The notes under the pieces were generated by a model, which worked only from the letters and a program-made list of their open reading frames with translations, was not told the origin of the DNA and ran no database searches. From a bacterium (GTDB lineage: Bacteria > SZUA-182 > DTGQ01): a DNA stretch of 64,000 nt. The position numbers and the translations under genes were made by a program. Below are positions 48,965 through 58,471 of this stretch, piece after piece. Numbering within the stretch: the first letter of the stretch is position 1; each line of letters opens with the position of its first letter. The DNA lies in NCBI GenBank assembly GCA_040752695.1, contig JBFMGO010000014.1, positions 13,673 through 77,672 of the forward strand, read 5' to 3'.

Positions 48965-51223
48965 TTATATTTTTTTCAGCCTGGCATATTTAACCAGGAG
49001 CTTCTTTCGCAATCCGCCAAAGTTAACCGAGACTTTGGTATGTTCCCCTTCTCCTTCACAATGGAATATCACTCCCTCTCCCCACTGTTCATGATAGACC
49101 CGGTCACCGGGTTGAAGTTTTCCGTTTCCTTTTTTTTCGTCCGGGGTTTGATTTTCCCATCCCTTAGAGGAGAAAAACTGCTTTGGAGCTTTTTCCGTCC
49201 TGGCAGTGGCTGCAAAGGGGACCGCTCCTCTTACTGCCTCAGGAGTGCAAGCGGCGTTTCTCCGGGCTGCTTTTGCCTCTGTCGTGCCGGGGGTGCCAAG
49301 GCAGAAAAAATCCTGAGGGATTTCCTCGATGAACCGGGAGATTTCCGTTTCCTGGATAGTTCCATAAATCATCCTCTGCTCTGCCCGTGTGAAGAAGAGC
49401 TGATTTCTGGCGCGGGTCATGCCCACATAGCACAGCCTGCGCTCCTCCTCCAGATCCTCCGCGTTCATGGTGCTGCGGGCCAGGGGGAAGAGCTTTTCTT
49501 CCATGCCGGTTATAAAAACCACGGGGAATTCCAACCCCTTAGCGCTGTGTACCGTCATCAGGGTCACTGCTCCGGATCCTTCGTGGTATTCATCGATATC
49601 GGAAAGGAGACTGACATAGTCGAGAAATTCCTCCAGACTGCTGTCCGGATTCTGGCTTTCGAAGTGCCGAATACCGGATTGCAGCTCCTTGACATTCTCG
49701 ATCCGCGCCTCTGCCTGGTCTGTCTGTTCCTCTTGCAGGTAAGCGAAGTAATCGATATCTTTCAGGACAAGGTCCAAAAGTTGTGAGAGAGTGTGGCCTT
49801 CGCAAAAGTCTTTCCACTTCTTGAGAGATTGGAGGAAAGTACTCACATGGTGCCTTTGAGTGGAATTCAGCTCCTGGGTCTTGAGAATAGCAATAAGAGC
49901 CTGACCGAAGGTGATGCGGTTTTCATCAGCCAGGGCTTCGATTTTGGCCAGGCTGGTCTGGCCTATCTTTCTTGGCGGTACATTGATGATCCGCTGCAAA
50001 CTCAGCCGGTTATCCGGGTTTGAGATTACTTTCAGGTAGGCGATAAGGTCTTTTATTTCCTTGCGCTCATAGAATTTCAATCCGCCAACGATCTGATAGG
50101 GGATGCCATCGTTACGCAGGGCCTCTTCAATGGTTCGTGATTGGGCATTGGTTCGATAAAGAATGGCAAAATCGCGATAATCGGAAAAACCGCAAACCTT
50201 TAGCTTGCGGACCTTTTGGCTGATATACCGGCTTTCTGCCTGCTCGTCCTGTGCCTCGTGGAGCGTGATCCCGGTTCCTTCCTCGTTTTCCGTCCACAGT
50301 TTTTTGACCTTTCGCAGGTTATTGTGGCTGATCAGGTGGTTGGCTGCTCCCAGGATGGTCCGGGTAGAGCGGTAATTTTGTTCCAGCCGGAGTGTCCTGA
50401 CCTCCGGAAACACCTTTTCGAAATCGAGAATGTTACGAATATCAGCTCCTCTCCAGCGGTAAATGGACTGGTCGTCATCCCCGACAACGCAGATGTTGCG
50501 ATGTATCTGAGCCAGAAGGTTCACGAGCTGTGCCTGGGCGTGGTTGGTGTCCTGATACTCGTCGACCATAAGGTAGCGGCATAGATTCCGGTAGTGCTCC
50601 AGTACGTCAGGGCACTCCTGAAAGAGCCGGTAGGTAAGGAGCAGCAAATCATCGAAATCGAGGGCCTGATCTTCGCTCAGGCGCTCCTCATAGGCTTGGA
50701 AGATCCGGGCGACGCGGGTTTGGAAAAAGTCCCCTCTGGCCAGATCCCTGTATTGCACGGCGGATAAAAGGTCATTCTTGGCGCGCCGAATTTCAGCCAT
50801 AACCGCGTAAGGGTGGATAGTCTGAGGATGATCGTCCACGTCAGCCACACATTTTTTCACTATCTTGACCTGATCATGGGCATCGAGGATGGCAAAATCA
50901 CTGCTCATCCCTAACCGAAAGATATGCTGGCGCAATATCCGCACACATGCCGAATGGAAGGTGCTTATCCATACCTTGAGGCCGTCGGAATGATGTAAAA
51001 GGGCTCTCACCCGGTTTTTCATTTCTTCAGCAGCCTTATTGGTAAAGGTAACGGCCAGAATGTTCCAGGGAGATACGCCCCTTTGCGTGATAAGATACCA
51101 GACCCGGTAAGTGATGGTTCTGGTTTTCCCTGAGCCTGCACCAGCAAGGATCAAAAGCGGTCCTTCGGTATGCGAAACCGCCTCACGTTGAATGGGATTG
51201 AGACTATCGAGTGGAGAATTCAT
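48965..51223 (-). CDS. pcrA: UvrD/PcrA DNA helicase
   Basis: AGAGSGKT, TFTNKAA, DEYQD, GDDDQSIY, QNYRS, HSAKGLEF, EERRL. Confidence 0.97.
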   Translation of the reverse strand: MNSPLDSLNPIQREAVSHTEGPLLILAGAGSGKTRTITYRVWYLITQRGVSPWNILAVTFTNKAAEEMKNRVRALLHHSDGLKVWISTFHSACVRILRQHIFRLGMSSDFAILDAHDQVKIVKKCVADVDDHPQTIHPYAVMAEIRRAKNDLLSAVQYRDLARGDFFQTRVARIFQAYEERLSEDQALDFDDLLLLTYRLFQECPDVLEHYRNLCRYLMVDEYQDTNHAQAQLVNLLAQIHRNICVVGDDDQSIYRWRGADIRNILDFEKVFPEVRTLRLEQNYRSTRTILGAANHLISHNNLRKVKKLWTENEEGTGITLHEAQDEQAESRYISQKVRKLKVCGFSDYRDFAILYRTNAQSRTIEEALRNDGIPYQIVGGLKFYERKEIKDLIAYLKVISNPDNRLSLQRIINVPPRKIGQTSLAKIEALADENRITFGQALIAILKTQELNSTQRHHVSTFLQSLKKWKDFCEGHTLSQLLDLVLKDIDYFAYLQEEQTDQAEARIENVKELQSGIRHFESQNPDSSLEEFLDYVSLLSDIDEYHEGSGAVTLMTVHSAKGLEFPVVFITGMEEKLFPLARSTMNAEDLEEERRLCYVGMTRARNQLFFTRAEQRMIYGTIQETEISRFIEEIPQDFFCLGTPGTTEAKAARRNAACTPEAVRGAVPFAATARTEKAPKQFFSSKGWENQTPDEKKGNGKLQPGDRVYHEQWGEGVIFHCEGEGEHTKVSVNFGGLRKKLLVKYARLKKI

Positions 51224-52218
51224 TCCTGCACCGCCTCTACCGGCACCTTGGCCGTATTTATTTCCCGAAAAGAAAGGCCCCTTTTCCACAGAAACAATAA
51301 CCCTAAAAGAGACTCAGGGATATATTGAATCAGATGTGTTACAATCGCGTAACTCAAAGCCAGGTGTTTGTTTTTTACGCCCCCTAAGAGGAGTCCTTTA
51401 ATACAAAAGTAATGAAAAGTGCCAATAAACCCTGGTGAGGAGGGGATCGTGACACCAAGGAAGATCATGGAAATAAGGAGAAGCAGCCTTGAGAAGGTTA
51501 GTGTTATGCCAAAAGCAAGAGCAGCGAAATAGTAGATCCCTCCCGTGAATAGAGCGATGACGATCGACAAAAAAGCGATAGCCAGAAGGTGCCCTTTGGA
51601 TTCCAGCACCAGAAGCCCCTGCCCAAAGTCATGGATCGACTCCTGCAACCGCTCGGCCGCTTTGCGGGAAAACGGGGCGATCAGCTTGTAGCTCAACCGG
51701 AAAAGCCACTCTTGATGATATCTCATCAGGAACACAAACAGGAGGAGGACACCGAATGAACTCACAACCAGCGTGATGGCATTTCCCCTGGTTCCTGCCG
51801 GCAGAGGCAGATAGCGGGAGCCGAGTGCCAGAATGAAAAGCAGGGTGATTACGTCGAAAAAACGTTCCGTAACGATGGTTGCCAGAGATGATGCACCCCT
51901 TACTCCCTCAGTCTTGCTTAATACCAGTGCCCGCACCACTTCACCGATCCGGGCTGGCAGAACATTATTCGCCAGGTATCCAATGGTAGTGATTTCAAAT
52001 AAATCCGCAGTCCTGACTTTTTTTACCGGGCTGAGCAGATATTTCCACCGCAGTGCCCGAAACAAGGTAAATAAGAAGATTAAAATGAGCACCACCACAA
52101 GATAGGAGTACCTGACCTCAGTCAATGACTTGTGCAGCGCAATAAAGTCGATATTCCGGAATACCAGATACAGGCAAAGGGCACTAATGGCCAAACCAAG
52201 AAGGAATTTTTTTTTCAA
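51220..52218 (-). CDS. LPG-synthase TM-region / flippase-like membrane protein (UPF0104)
   Basis: RALRW, NNVLPARIGEVVR, ERFFD, PSSPGFIG. Confidence 0.9.
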   Translation of the reverse strand: MKKKFLLGLAISALCLYLVFRNIDFIALHKSLTEVRYSYLVVVLILIFLFTLFRALRWKYLLSPVKKVRTADLFEITTIGYLANNVLPARIGEVVRALVLSKTEGVRGASSLATIVTERFFDVITLLFILALGSRYLPLPAGTRGNAITLVVSSFGVLLLFVFLMRYHQEWLFRLSYKLIAPFSRKAAERLQESIHDFGQGLLVLESKGHLLAIAFLSIVIALFTGGIYYFAALAFGITLTFSRLLLLISMIFLGVTIPSSPGFIGTFHYFCIKGLLLGGVKNKHLALSYAIVTHLIQYIPESLLGLLFLWKRGLSFREINTAKVPVEAVQE

Positions 52219-52272
52219 AGCTTTGCTGTGCTCCTCATCACGGTGCTGTCACTCTTGGCCCCTATATCGCTT

Positions 52273-53187
52273 TTAGACATAGGTGAGCCAGTAGAAAAAG
52301 TCCGGGTTGCGGCCATGGACAACATCGAAATAGGTTTGCTGTAATTTCTGTGTTATCGGCCCTCGGCAGCCATTTCCTATTACCCGGCCATCCACCTCCC
52401 GTATCGGAGTAACCTCGGCTGCGGTTCCACAGAAAAAAGCCTCGTCGCTGATGTAAAGCTCGTCACGGGTGAACCTTTTGACGACAACTTTAAGGTGTTC
52501 CCTGGCAGCAATTTTCATGATCGAATCGCGGGTGATACCTTCTAAAATGTTATCTACCGGAGGAGTGTAAACCACTCCATCCCTGATAATAAAAATATTC
52601 TCTCCAGGGCCTTCGGCGATAAATCCTTCAGGGTCCATTAACAGGGCTTCTTCATAGCCGTCTTGCAGCGCCTCGCGCTTGGCCAGTTGAGAAATGATGT
52701 AATTGCCGGTCAGCTTCGCCAGATGCAGGCCAATGTTGGCAGGCTGGCGCATATAAGAAGAGATCTTGACCTTGATCCCTTTTTCCAGACCCTCCTCACC
52801 CAGATACGTACCCCAGGGCCAGACCGCTATAGCCACGCGAACCGGGTTATCCCTGGCAAACAGCCCCATAGCCCCATCTCCGAGAAATAAGATCGGCCTG
52901 ATATACCCTGCCTCCAGTTGATTGGCAATGAGCGTTTCTTTTATTGCCGCTGCTAAGGCTTCCTTTGGAAAGGGGGAATCTATCTGTACGATAGCCGCAG
53001 AGCGCAGGAATCTCTCTAAATGTTCATCTAAACGGAAGATTGAAGAACCCTGATCGGTTTTATAACATCGTATCCCTTCGAATATCCCTAAACCATAATG
53101 CAGGGAATGAGTCAATACATGCACCTGAGCCTGGTCGTAATCGACAAGCATTCCATCCATCCATATTTTCTTATTTTTGTGCTCCAT
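52273..53187 (-). CDS. ilvE: Branched-chain amino acid aminotransferase
   Basis: LHYGLGIFEGIR, YIRP, AKLTGNY, EGPGENIF, LEGITR, GTAAEVTP. Confidence 0.97.
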   Translation of the reverse strand: MEHKNKKIWMDGMLVDYDQAQVHVLTHSLHYGLGIFEGIRCYKTDQGSSIFRLDEHLERFLRSAAIVQIDSPFPKEALAAAIKETLIANQLEAGYIRPILFLGDGAMGLFARDNPVRVAIAVWPWGTYLGEEGLEKGIKVKISSYMRQPANIGLHLAKLTGNYIISQLAKREALQDGYEEALLMDPEGFIAEGPGENIFIIRDGVVYTPPVDNILEGITRDSIMKIAAREHLKVVVKRFTRDELYISDEAFFCGTAAEVTPIREVDGRVIGNGCRGPITQKLQQTYFDVVHGRNPDFFYWLTYV

Positions 53188-53237
53188 AATCGAAAAGGTC
53201 CTCCTCGTTTAACAGTAGCCCACGAATGTGGATTAGA

Positions 53238-53425
53238 AACAGGCAATAACCTGATAATGTCAAGATGATATACAGGCAATAATATATACAGGCAACAATA
53301 CACAGGCAACAATTCACGGGCAATATCATACAGACAATAATACACGGGTAATAACATAAAGGCAATATCATACAGGCAATATAATACACGGGCGATACTA
53401 TGCAGATGATAGTGTACAGGCAGTA
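53238..53425. repeat. Degenerate tandem array of about a dozen 14-16-bp units (core TACAGGCAATA)
   Basis: Repeated ACAGGCAA/CACGGGCAA variants upstream of ilvE. Confidence 0.85.
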
Positions 53426-53440
53426 GCAATCTAATATTTT

Positions 53441-53469
53441 ATCTTAATCGGTTAATCGGGTATTGTCAA
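53441..53469 (-). promoter_or_regulatory. Putative sigma-70 promoter of ilvE
   Basis: Minus strand TTGACA-17 bp-TAAGAT. Confidence 0.55.
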
Positions 53470-53541
53470 TTTTTTTATACCCTTTTCCTTGACCTTTTAA
53501 ACCCTGGTAAGAGATAATACAGATGAAGACGGAGGTCAGAG

Positions 53542-54546
53542 GTGAAAGATTACATTATTTTTGCGGCTTCAGACGGCACGGCTGCCACGGCCAGGACAGT
53601 GATTCAGGCGGTGCTGGCCCAATTCCCTGATGCAAGGGTTGAAGTGAAAATGAGGCCGCAGTTAAAGACAGGCGAGGACATCGGACAACTCATCCAAAAA
53701 GCCAAAGAGGAGCAGGGGATCATTGCCTATACGCTGGTTTCCCCTGAGTTGAGGGAGATATTACTTGGGGAAGCCAGAGCGGCCGCTGTCACGGCCATCG
53801 ATCTGCTTGGTCCGCTCCTCTTACGGATGGAGGAATTCCTGGAAGTCCCTCCCAGGGGGATGCCGGGTACATTCAAACCTTCCTCTTATGGATACGATTC
53901 CAGAATCGAGGCCATCAACTTTACCGTGGACCACGACGACGGGAAAAATATTCACTCGGTGGGCCAGGCAGATATCGTGATTTTGGGGATATCCAGAACC
54001 TCTAAAACTCCCTTGAGCGTATACCTTGCCTTCCGTGGATGGAAGGTGGTAAATGTGCCTATTATTCCCGGCGTAGAGCCGTTCGAAATCTTAAGCCGGA
54101 TCGACCAGAAAAAAATCGTCGGGCTGACCATCGAGGCTGAACAGTTGGCCAGGATTCGAAAAAAACGAATGGAGAAATTTAACCTGAGCGTTAAAGATAC
54201 CTATTCCGATCTGAAATCCATTCAGAAAGAAATTTCTTATGCCGAATCCATCTACCAAACCCCCCCGGTCTGGCCGGTGATCGATGTTACCCATAAGTCT
54301 ATCGAAGAGATCGCCCAGGAGGTCATAACCGCTCTGGCCAGGCGCAGCATCGAGGGCATCGGCGAGGGCGTCGGTGCTGGGAATAGCGGTGAGGGCATCG
54401 GCGGGGGCTTCGGCGCTGAGGAAAACGATGAGGGCAGCGTTGAGGACAGCGCTGGGGAAAATGCAAAGGGCAGTGCCGAGGACAACGCCAAGGAAAATGC
54501 AAAGGGCGCGATCAAGGGCGAAAAGCATGAAGGGACGGCCTCATGA
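53542..54546 (+). CDS. PEP synthase/PPDK regulatory protein (DUF299 kinase/pyrophosphorylase) with acidic repeat tail
   Basis: SDGT..TA, RIEAINFTVDHDDG, GISRTSKTPLS.YLA, DVT.KSIEE.A. Confidence 0.93.
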   Translation: MKDYIIFAASDGTAATARTVIQAVLAQFPDARVEVKMRPQLKTGEDIGQLIQKAKEEQGIIAYTLVSPELREILLGEARAAAVTAIDLLGPLLLRMEEFLEVPPRGMPGTFKPSSYGYDSRIEAINFTVDHDDGKNIHSVGQADIVILGISRTSKTPLSVYLAFRGWKVVNVPIIPGVEPFEILSRIDQKKIVGLTIEAEQLARIRKKRMEKFNLSVKDTYSDLKSIQKEISYAESIYQTPPVWPVIDVTHKSIEEIAQEVITALARRSIEGIGEGVGAGNSGEGIGGGFGAEENDEGSVEDSAGENAKGSAEDNAKENAKGAIKGEKHEGTAS

Positions 54547-56465
54547 AGGCTCTTCAGGATCTTGAGTTCCTGATTGAGTCCATTCTCGGTCAGGAGGGAA
54601 AACTGGCCGGGATGTTCGGTAACTATGAATACCGGCCCGAACAAATCAGGATGAGTAAAGCCGTAGCCGCCTCCTTGCTGAACGAGATTCCTCTTTTGGC
54701 CGAGGCAGGGACCGGCACGGGCAAGACTTTGGCCTACCTGATTCCTGCCATAGCCAGCGGCCAGAAGGTCGTTGTCTCGACCGGCACCAAGAACCTGCAA
54801 GAGCAAATCTACCTGAAGGATATCCCTTTGCTGTCCAGACTGATTCCAAAAAAGTTTCTGGCCTGCAATCTGAAGGGCAGGGGGAATTATCTCTGTCAGA
54901 GACGATGGAAGGATTTTTGCCGCCATCCCCGCCTGAGCGGCCCCCGCGACCTGAATATCTTTAAAAAGATGCAGGAATGGACATTCAAAACCAGGTTCGG
55001 CGACCGGGGAGAGCTTGACTTTCTGGCGGATCACGAGCCTTTATGGGAAGAGGTCAACTCTAAAAGGGATCTGTGCCTGGGGCAAAAGTGTGGGAACAGC
55101 CGGGAATGCTTTATCAGCCGGCTGCGGCAGGAGGCTGCCGGAGCGGACCTCATCATTGTCAATCACCACCTTTTCTTCTCTGACCTTTTAATCAAGGACA
55201 CCACCAAATCCGAGGTGCTTCCCCGCTACCAGGGCGTCATCTTTGACGAAGCTCACCAACTGGAGGATATTGCCACAGAGTACTTCGGCCTTTCGGTCAG
55301 TAACTACCAGATTCTGGAACTGATACAGGACATACGCAGGGAATTGGAGCAGGCCAAAATCAAGGACAACCCGCTCAGTGATGCCTTGAATCTCCTTGGT
55401 CAGCGATCGGGGGCCTTCTTCGTGCAATTTCCGCAAGGCGTGGAAAAGAAGCGGCTGAAACCGGCTGATGTTTCCAGCCTGTTAGAGGAAAAGCATCTGG
55501 CCCTGGCCAGCACGATCGAGCTTATCGCCAGCCAACTGGTGGGGCTAAAATCCAAATCCGAGGTTCTCCACGCCTGCGAGCGCAGAAGCCGGGAGATCAG
55601 GGAGAACTTGGGCTTTATCATGGACATGAAGGACCCCGAATACGTCTTCTGGGTTGAAAGCCGCAGCAGGGCAGTGTACCTGCACGCATCCCCCATCGAT
55701 GTTTCCCCGGATTTGAAACGGCTCCTTTTCAGTAAAATCAAGCGCACAATCCTGACTTCGGCCACCCTTTCCGTAGACGGAAGTTTCGACTATATCAAGT
55801 CCCGCCTGGGCCTGGTTGAATCTCCTACGGAACTGGTGCTAAAGTCCCACTTCGATTATGCCAGACAGGCCATGATTTACATTCCGGTCCATCTTCCCGA
55901 TCCGCAGAAAGAGGACTTTATCACCCAGGCAGCAGAGGAAATCGAGAAAATCGTCAGGGTATCGCGAGGCCGGGCCTTCATCCTTTTTACCAGCTACAAA
56001 AACCTCGATCAGATACACCGCCTGCTGCAAGGAAAACTCCCCTACCAGATCCTCAGGCAGGGTGAGCGCTCAAAAACTGCCCTTTTGGAGGAATTTAAAA
56101 AGGATGTTCACTCTATTTTGCTCGCCACCAGCTCTTTCTGGGAGGGAGTGGATGTCCAGGGCGATGCCTTAAGCTGCGTCATCATCGACCGACTCCCCTT
56201 TGCCGTGCCGACCGAGCCCCTAGTTGAGGCCAGAATCGATTATCTGCGCGAAGAAGGGGACAATCCTTTCATGACCTATCAAATCCCGCAGGCTATCATT
56301 ACCCTGCGACAGGGGGTGGGCCGCCTGATCCGCAGCCGCGAGGATCGCGGCCTTTTGTGCATCCTGGACCGCCGCCTCCTCACCAAACCCTACGGCAGGC
56401 TATTCCTGCAAAACCTCCCCCAATGTCCCGTATGTAAAGACTTACGGCAGGTGAGTATTTTTTAA
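54543..56465 (+). CDS. DinG/YoaA-family ATP-dependent helicase
   Basis: EAGTGTGKT, KGRGNYLC, DEAH, TSATL, FWEGVD, QGVGRLIR. Confidence 0.95.
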   Translation: MKALQDLEFLIESILGQEGKLAGMFGNYEYRPEQIRMSKAVAASLLNEIPLLAEAGTGTGKTLAYLIPAIASGQKVVVSTGTKNLQEQIYLKDIPLLSRLIPKKFLACNLKGRGNYLCQRRWKDFCRHPRLSGPRDLNIFKKMQEWTFKTRFGDRGELDFLADHEPLWEEVNSKRDLCLGQKCGNSRECFISRLRQEAAGADLIIVNHHLFFSDLLIKDTTKSEVLPRYQGVIFDEAHQLEDIATEYFGLSVSNYQILELIQDIRRELEQAKIKDNPLSDALNLLGQRSGAFFVQFPQGVEKKRLKPADVSSLLEEKHLALASTIELIASQLVGLKSKSEVLHACERRSREIRENLGFIMDMKDPEYVFWVESRSRAVYLHASPIDVSPDLKRLLFSKIKRTILTSATLSVDGSFDYIKSRLGLVESPTELVLKSHFDYARQAMIYIPVHLPDPQKEDFITQAAEEIEKIVRVSRGRAFILFTSYKNLDQIHRLLQGKLPYQILRQGERSKTALLEEFKKDVHSILLATSSFWEGVDVQGDALSCVIIDRLPFAVPTEPLVEARIDYLREEGDNPFMTYQIPQAIITLRQGVGRLIRSREDRGLLCILDRRLLTKPYGRLFLQNLPQCPVCKDLRQVSIF

Positions 56466-56684
56466 AATTCAGAGGAATACGAATGACTTTTCAGCTCTGA
56501 TCCGAAGGTAATTGGAAGCATGGGGGAGCCACCTTGATCTTGATTCGCTCCGCTCCGTCTTCTGCCCTGAATTCCTTGCCATCAATCCTGTTCTCTACCC
56601 AATCGATTTCAGGGAAAGCGACTTATCGCGAGGAATATGAATACCTGCTCCTGGTAACCACTCTAAAGCGGATTTTTTGCCTGC

Positions 56685-57491
56685 TTATAAGAAGGTAATC
56701 CTTCCCGTGTCTCCAACATTGATCTGCAGGAGCTGGCTGGCACTGGTCTTGTTTGCAAATATTTCCAGATTCTCCGTACTTCCAAAAAGAGCGCCAACCT
56801 GTGAGATATGACTCAGAGCAGCATAATGGGTTAGCAGGCAGGTTATGGACTGGGAGGCAATTTCCAGGTGAAATTCATGCTTTGGGCTTCGAGAGAGTTC
56901 CTGGCGGAAAAAATCCTGTTTGATACTGCTGATCAGGTTACCAAAAGTATCAATATGAATAATCTGAAACTCAAAAGCATGCGGGGCCAGGCAGCGGGGT
57001 ATTGGAACGTCAATCTGCTGGTAATTATCAATCCCTGGGCCAAAAGACTGGGGTGAAAGGCCCGTAGAGAGCCAGGCTGCTACAGGGGCAAAGATATCAC
57101 GACCGTGGAAGGTCTGGCTGATTTTTGGCAGAAAATAGTGCTTTTCGGTCAAGTGGAAAACCTGAAGATCGGGCTGCTCAACATACAGGTAAGATAAAAC
57201 ACCGTTATCCGGAGCTACAAAGAAGAATTGAGGCGTCTGCACCAGAATGGCTCTTCTTTGGCTGCCGACACCGGGATCAACGACCACCACATGGATAGTC
57301 CCTTGCGGGAAATACCGATAAGAGCTGCCGAAGAGAAAGGATGCTTCCGAAATACGGTGGGCCGGAACCCGATGGCAAATATCAACGATTCGCACGCAGG
57401 GATTGATGCTGAGGATAACACCTTTCATGATACCGACAAAAGGATCCTCCTCGCCAAAATCTGTAGTCAGGGAGATGATGGGCTCATGCAT
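56685..57491 (-). CDS. SAM hydroxide adenosyltransferase (DUF62, chlorinase/fluorinase family)
   Basis: LTTDFG, VVDPGVGS.R, APDNG, TFHGRDIFAP, DTFGN. Confidence 0.93.
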   Translation of the reverse strand: MHEPIISLTTDFGEEDPFVGIMKGVILSINPCVRIVDICHRVPAHRISEASFLFGSSYRYFPQGTIHVVVVDPGVGSQRRAILVQTPQFFFVAPDNGVLSYLYVEQPDLQVFHLTEKHYFLPKISQTFHGRDIFAPVAAWLSTGLSPQSFGPGIDNYQQIDVPIPRCLAPHAFEFQIIHIDTFGNLISSIKQDFFRQELSRSPKHEFHLEIASQSITCLLTHYAALSHISQVGALFGSTENLEIFANKTSASQLLQINVGDTGRITFL

Positions 57492-57504
57492 TCCGACATC
57501 CAGT

Positions 57505-57598
57505 ATAGTAATTCTTTATAGCAATCCTTATATAATAATTCTTTTTATAGCAGTCTCTTATGGCAATCCTTCATCGTAATTCTTTATATCAATCCTTT
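57505..57598. repeat. Degenerate 13-16-bp tandem repeat (AATTCTTTATAG / CAATCCTT variants)
   Basis: About seven units filling the intergenic space. Confidence 0.7.
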
Positions 57599-58416
57599 GC
57601 CGTTTGAGTAACTTCCGTGTAAATCTCTGGCCGGCGATTTTTTAAAAAGGACCATCCCTTTCGCACCTCGTCAATCAGGCCAAGATCGATGTCAGCCATA
57701 ATAATGCCATCGTGGTGGCTTGAGGGCTTCATCAGCGGATTGCCGTCAGGGTCAATGCAAAAGGTGCGGCCGTAGAAGTTCTGATCCGCCTCCTGGCCGA
57801 CCCTGTTGATGCGGAAGCAAAAGACGCCGTTGGCAATAGCATTGGCAGAGATCATTCTTTCCCACTTTTGCATGGAGCCAAAAGAGGCGCAGGCAGTGGG
57901 GCAAAAAATGATCTGGGCTCCTTTCAGGGCCAAAATCCTGGATCCTTCAGGGAAAAAGTTATCCCAGCACATCTGTATGCCGATGGTTGCCAACTGGGTG
58001 CGGAATATGGGAAACCCCAGGTTTCCGGGAGAAAAATAATAGGTCTCTTCCCAGAAAGGGATTTCGGGAAGGTGGTTTTTTCGATACACACCCAGAATAA
58101 CGCCATTTTGGTCGATAACTACACAACTATTGTAATAGACATCATTTTCCTTCTCGAAAATAGGGGCTATGATGGCCATTTGAAGTTCTTTTGCCTTATG
58201 TTTCAGAGACATAATCAAGGGGCCGTGCATCTCTTCGGCAAGTTTGAAGTTGTCCCCGTCCTTGCTTTGAGGGAACCAGAAGGAATGAAATAACTCCTGG
58301 AAGCAGACCATCCTGGCTCCGCCCTCAGCAGCCATCTGGAGCATGCAAAGGGCTTTCTGGATATTCTGCTCCGGATCTGCATGGCACTTCATCTGGATTC
58401 CAGCAACTTTTATCAA
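57589..58416 (-). CDS. Carbon-nitrogen hydrolase (N-carbamoylputrescine amidase / beta-ureidopropionase-like)
   Basis: Catalytic triad motifs QELF, YRKNHLP, MCWD; E..YF.PG. Confidence 0.9.
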   Translation of the reverse strand: MIKVAGIQMKCHADPEQNIQKALCMLQMAAEGGARMVCFQELFHSFWFPQSKDGDNFKLAEEMHGPLIMSLKHKAKELQMAIIAPIFEKENDVYYNSCVVIDQNGVILGVYRKNHLPEIPFWEETYYFSPGNLGFPIFRTQLATIGIQMCWDNFFPEGSRILALKGAQIIFCPTACASFGSMQKWERMISANAIANGVFCFRINRVGQEADQNFYGRTFCIDPDGNPLMKPSSHHDGIIMADIDLGLIDEVRKGWSFLKNRRPEIYTEVTQTAKD

Positions 58417-58471
58417 CGATACGATCTCCTTAGAATACAGCTAACCTGCAAGAAGCACTCGGAGGGAGCGC

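Noticed and set aside
53238..53425. CRISPR array
   Set aside because: Units are short, degenerate and abutting, with no unique spacers and no cas genes
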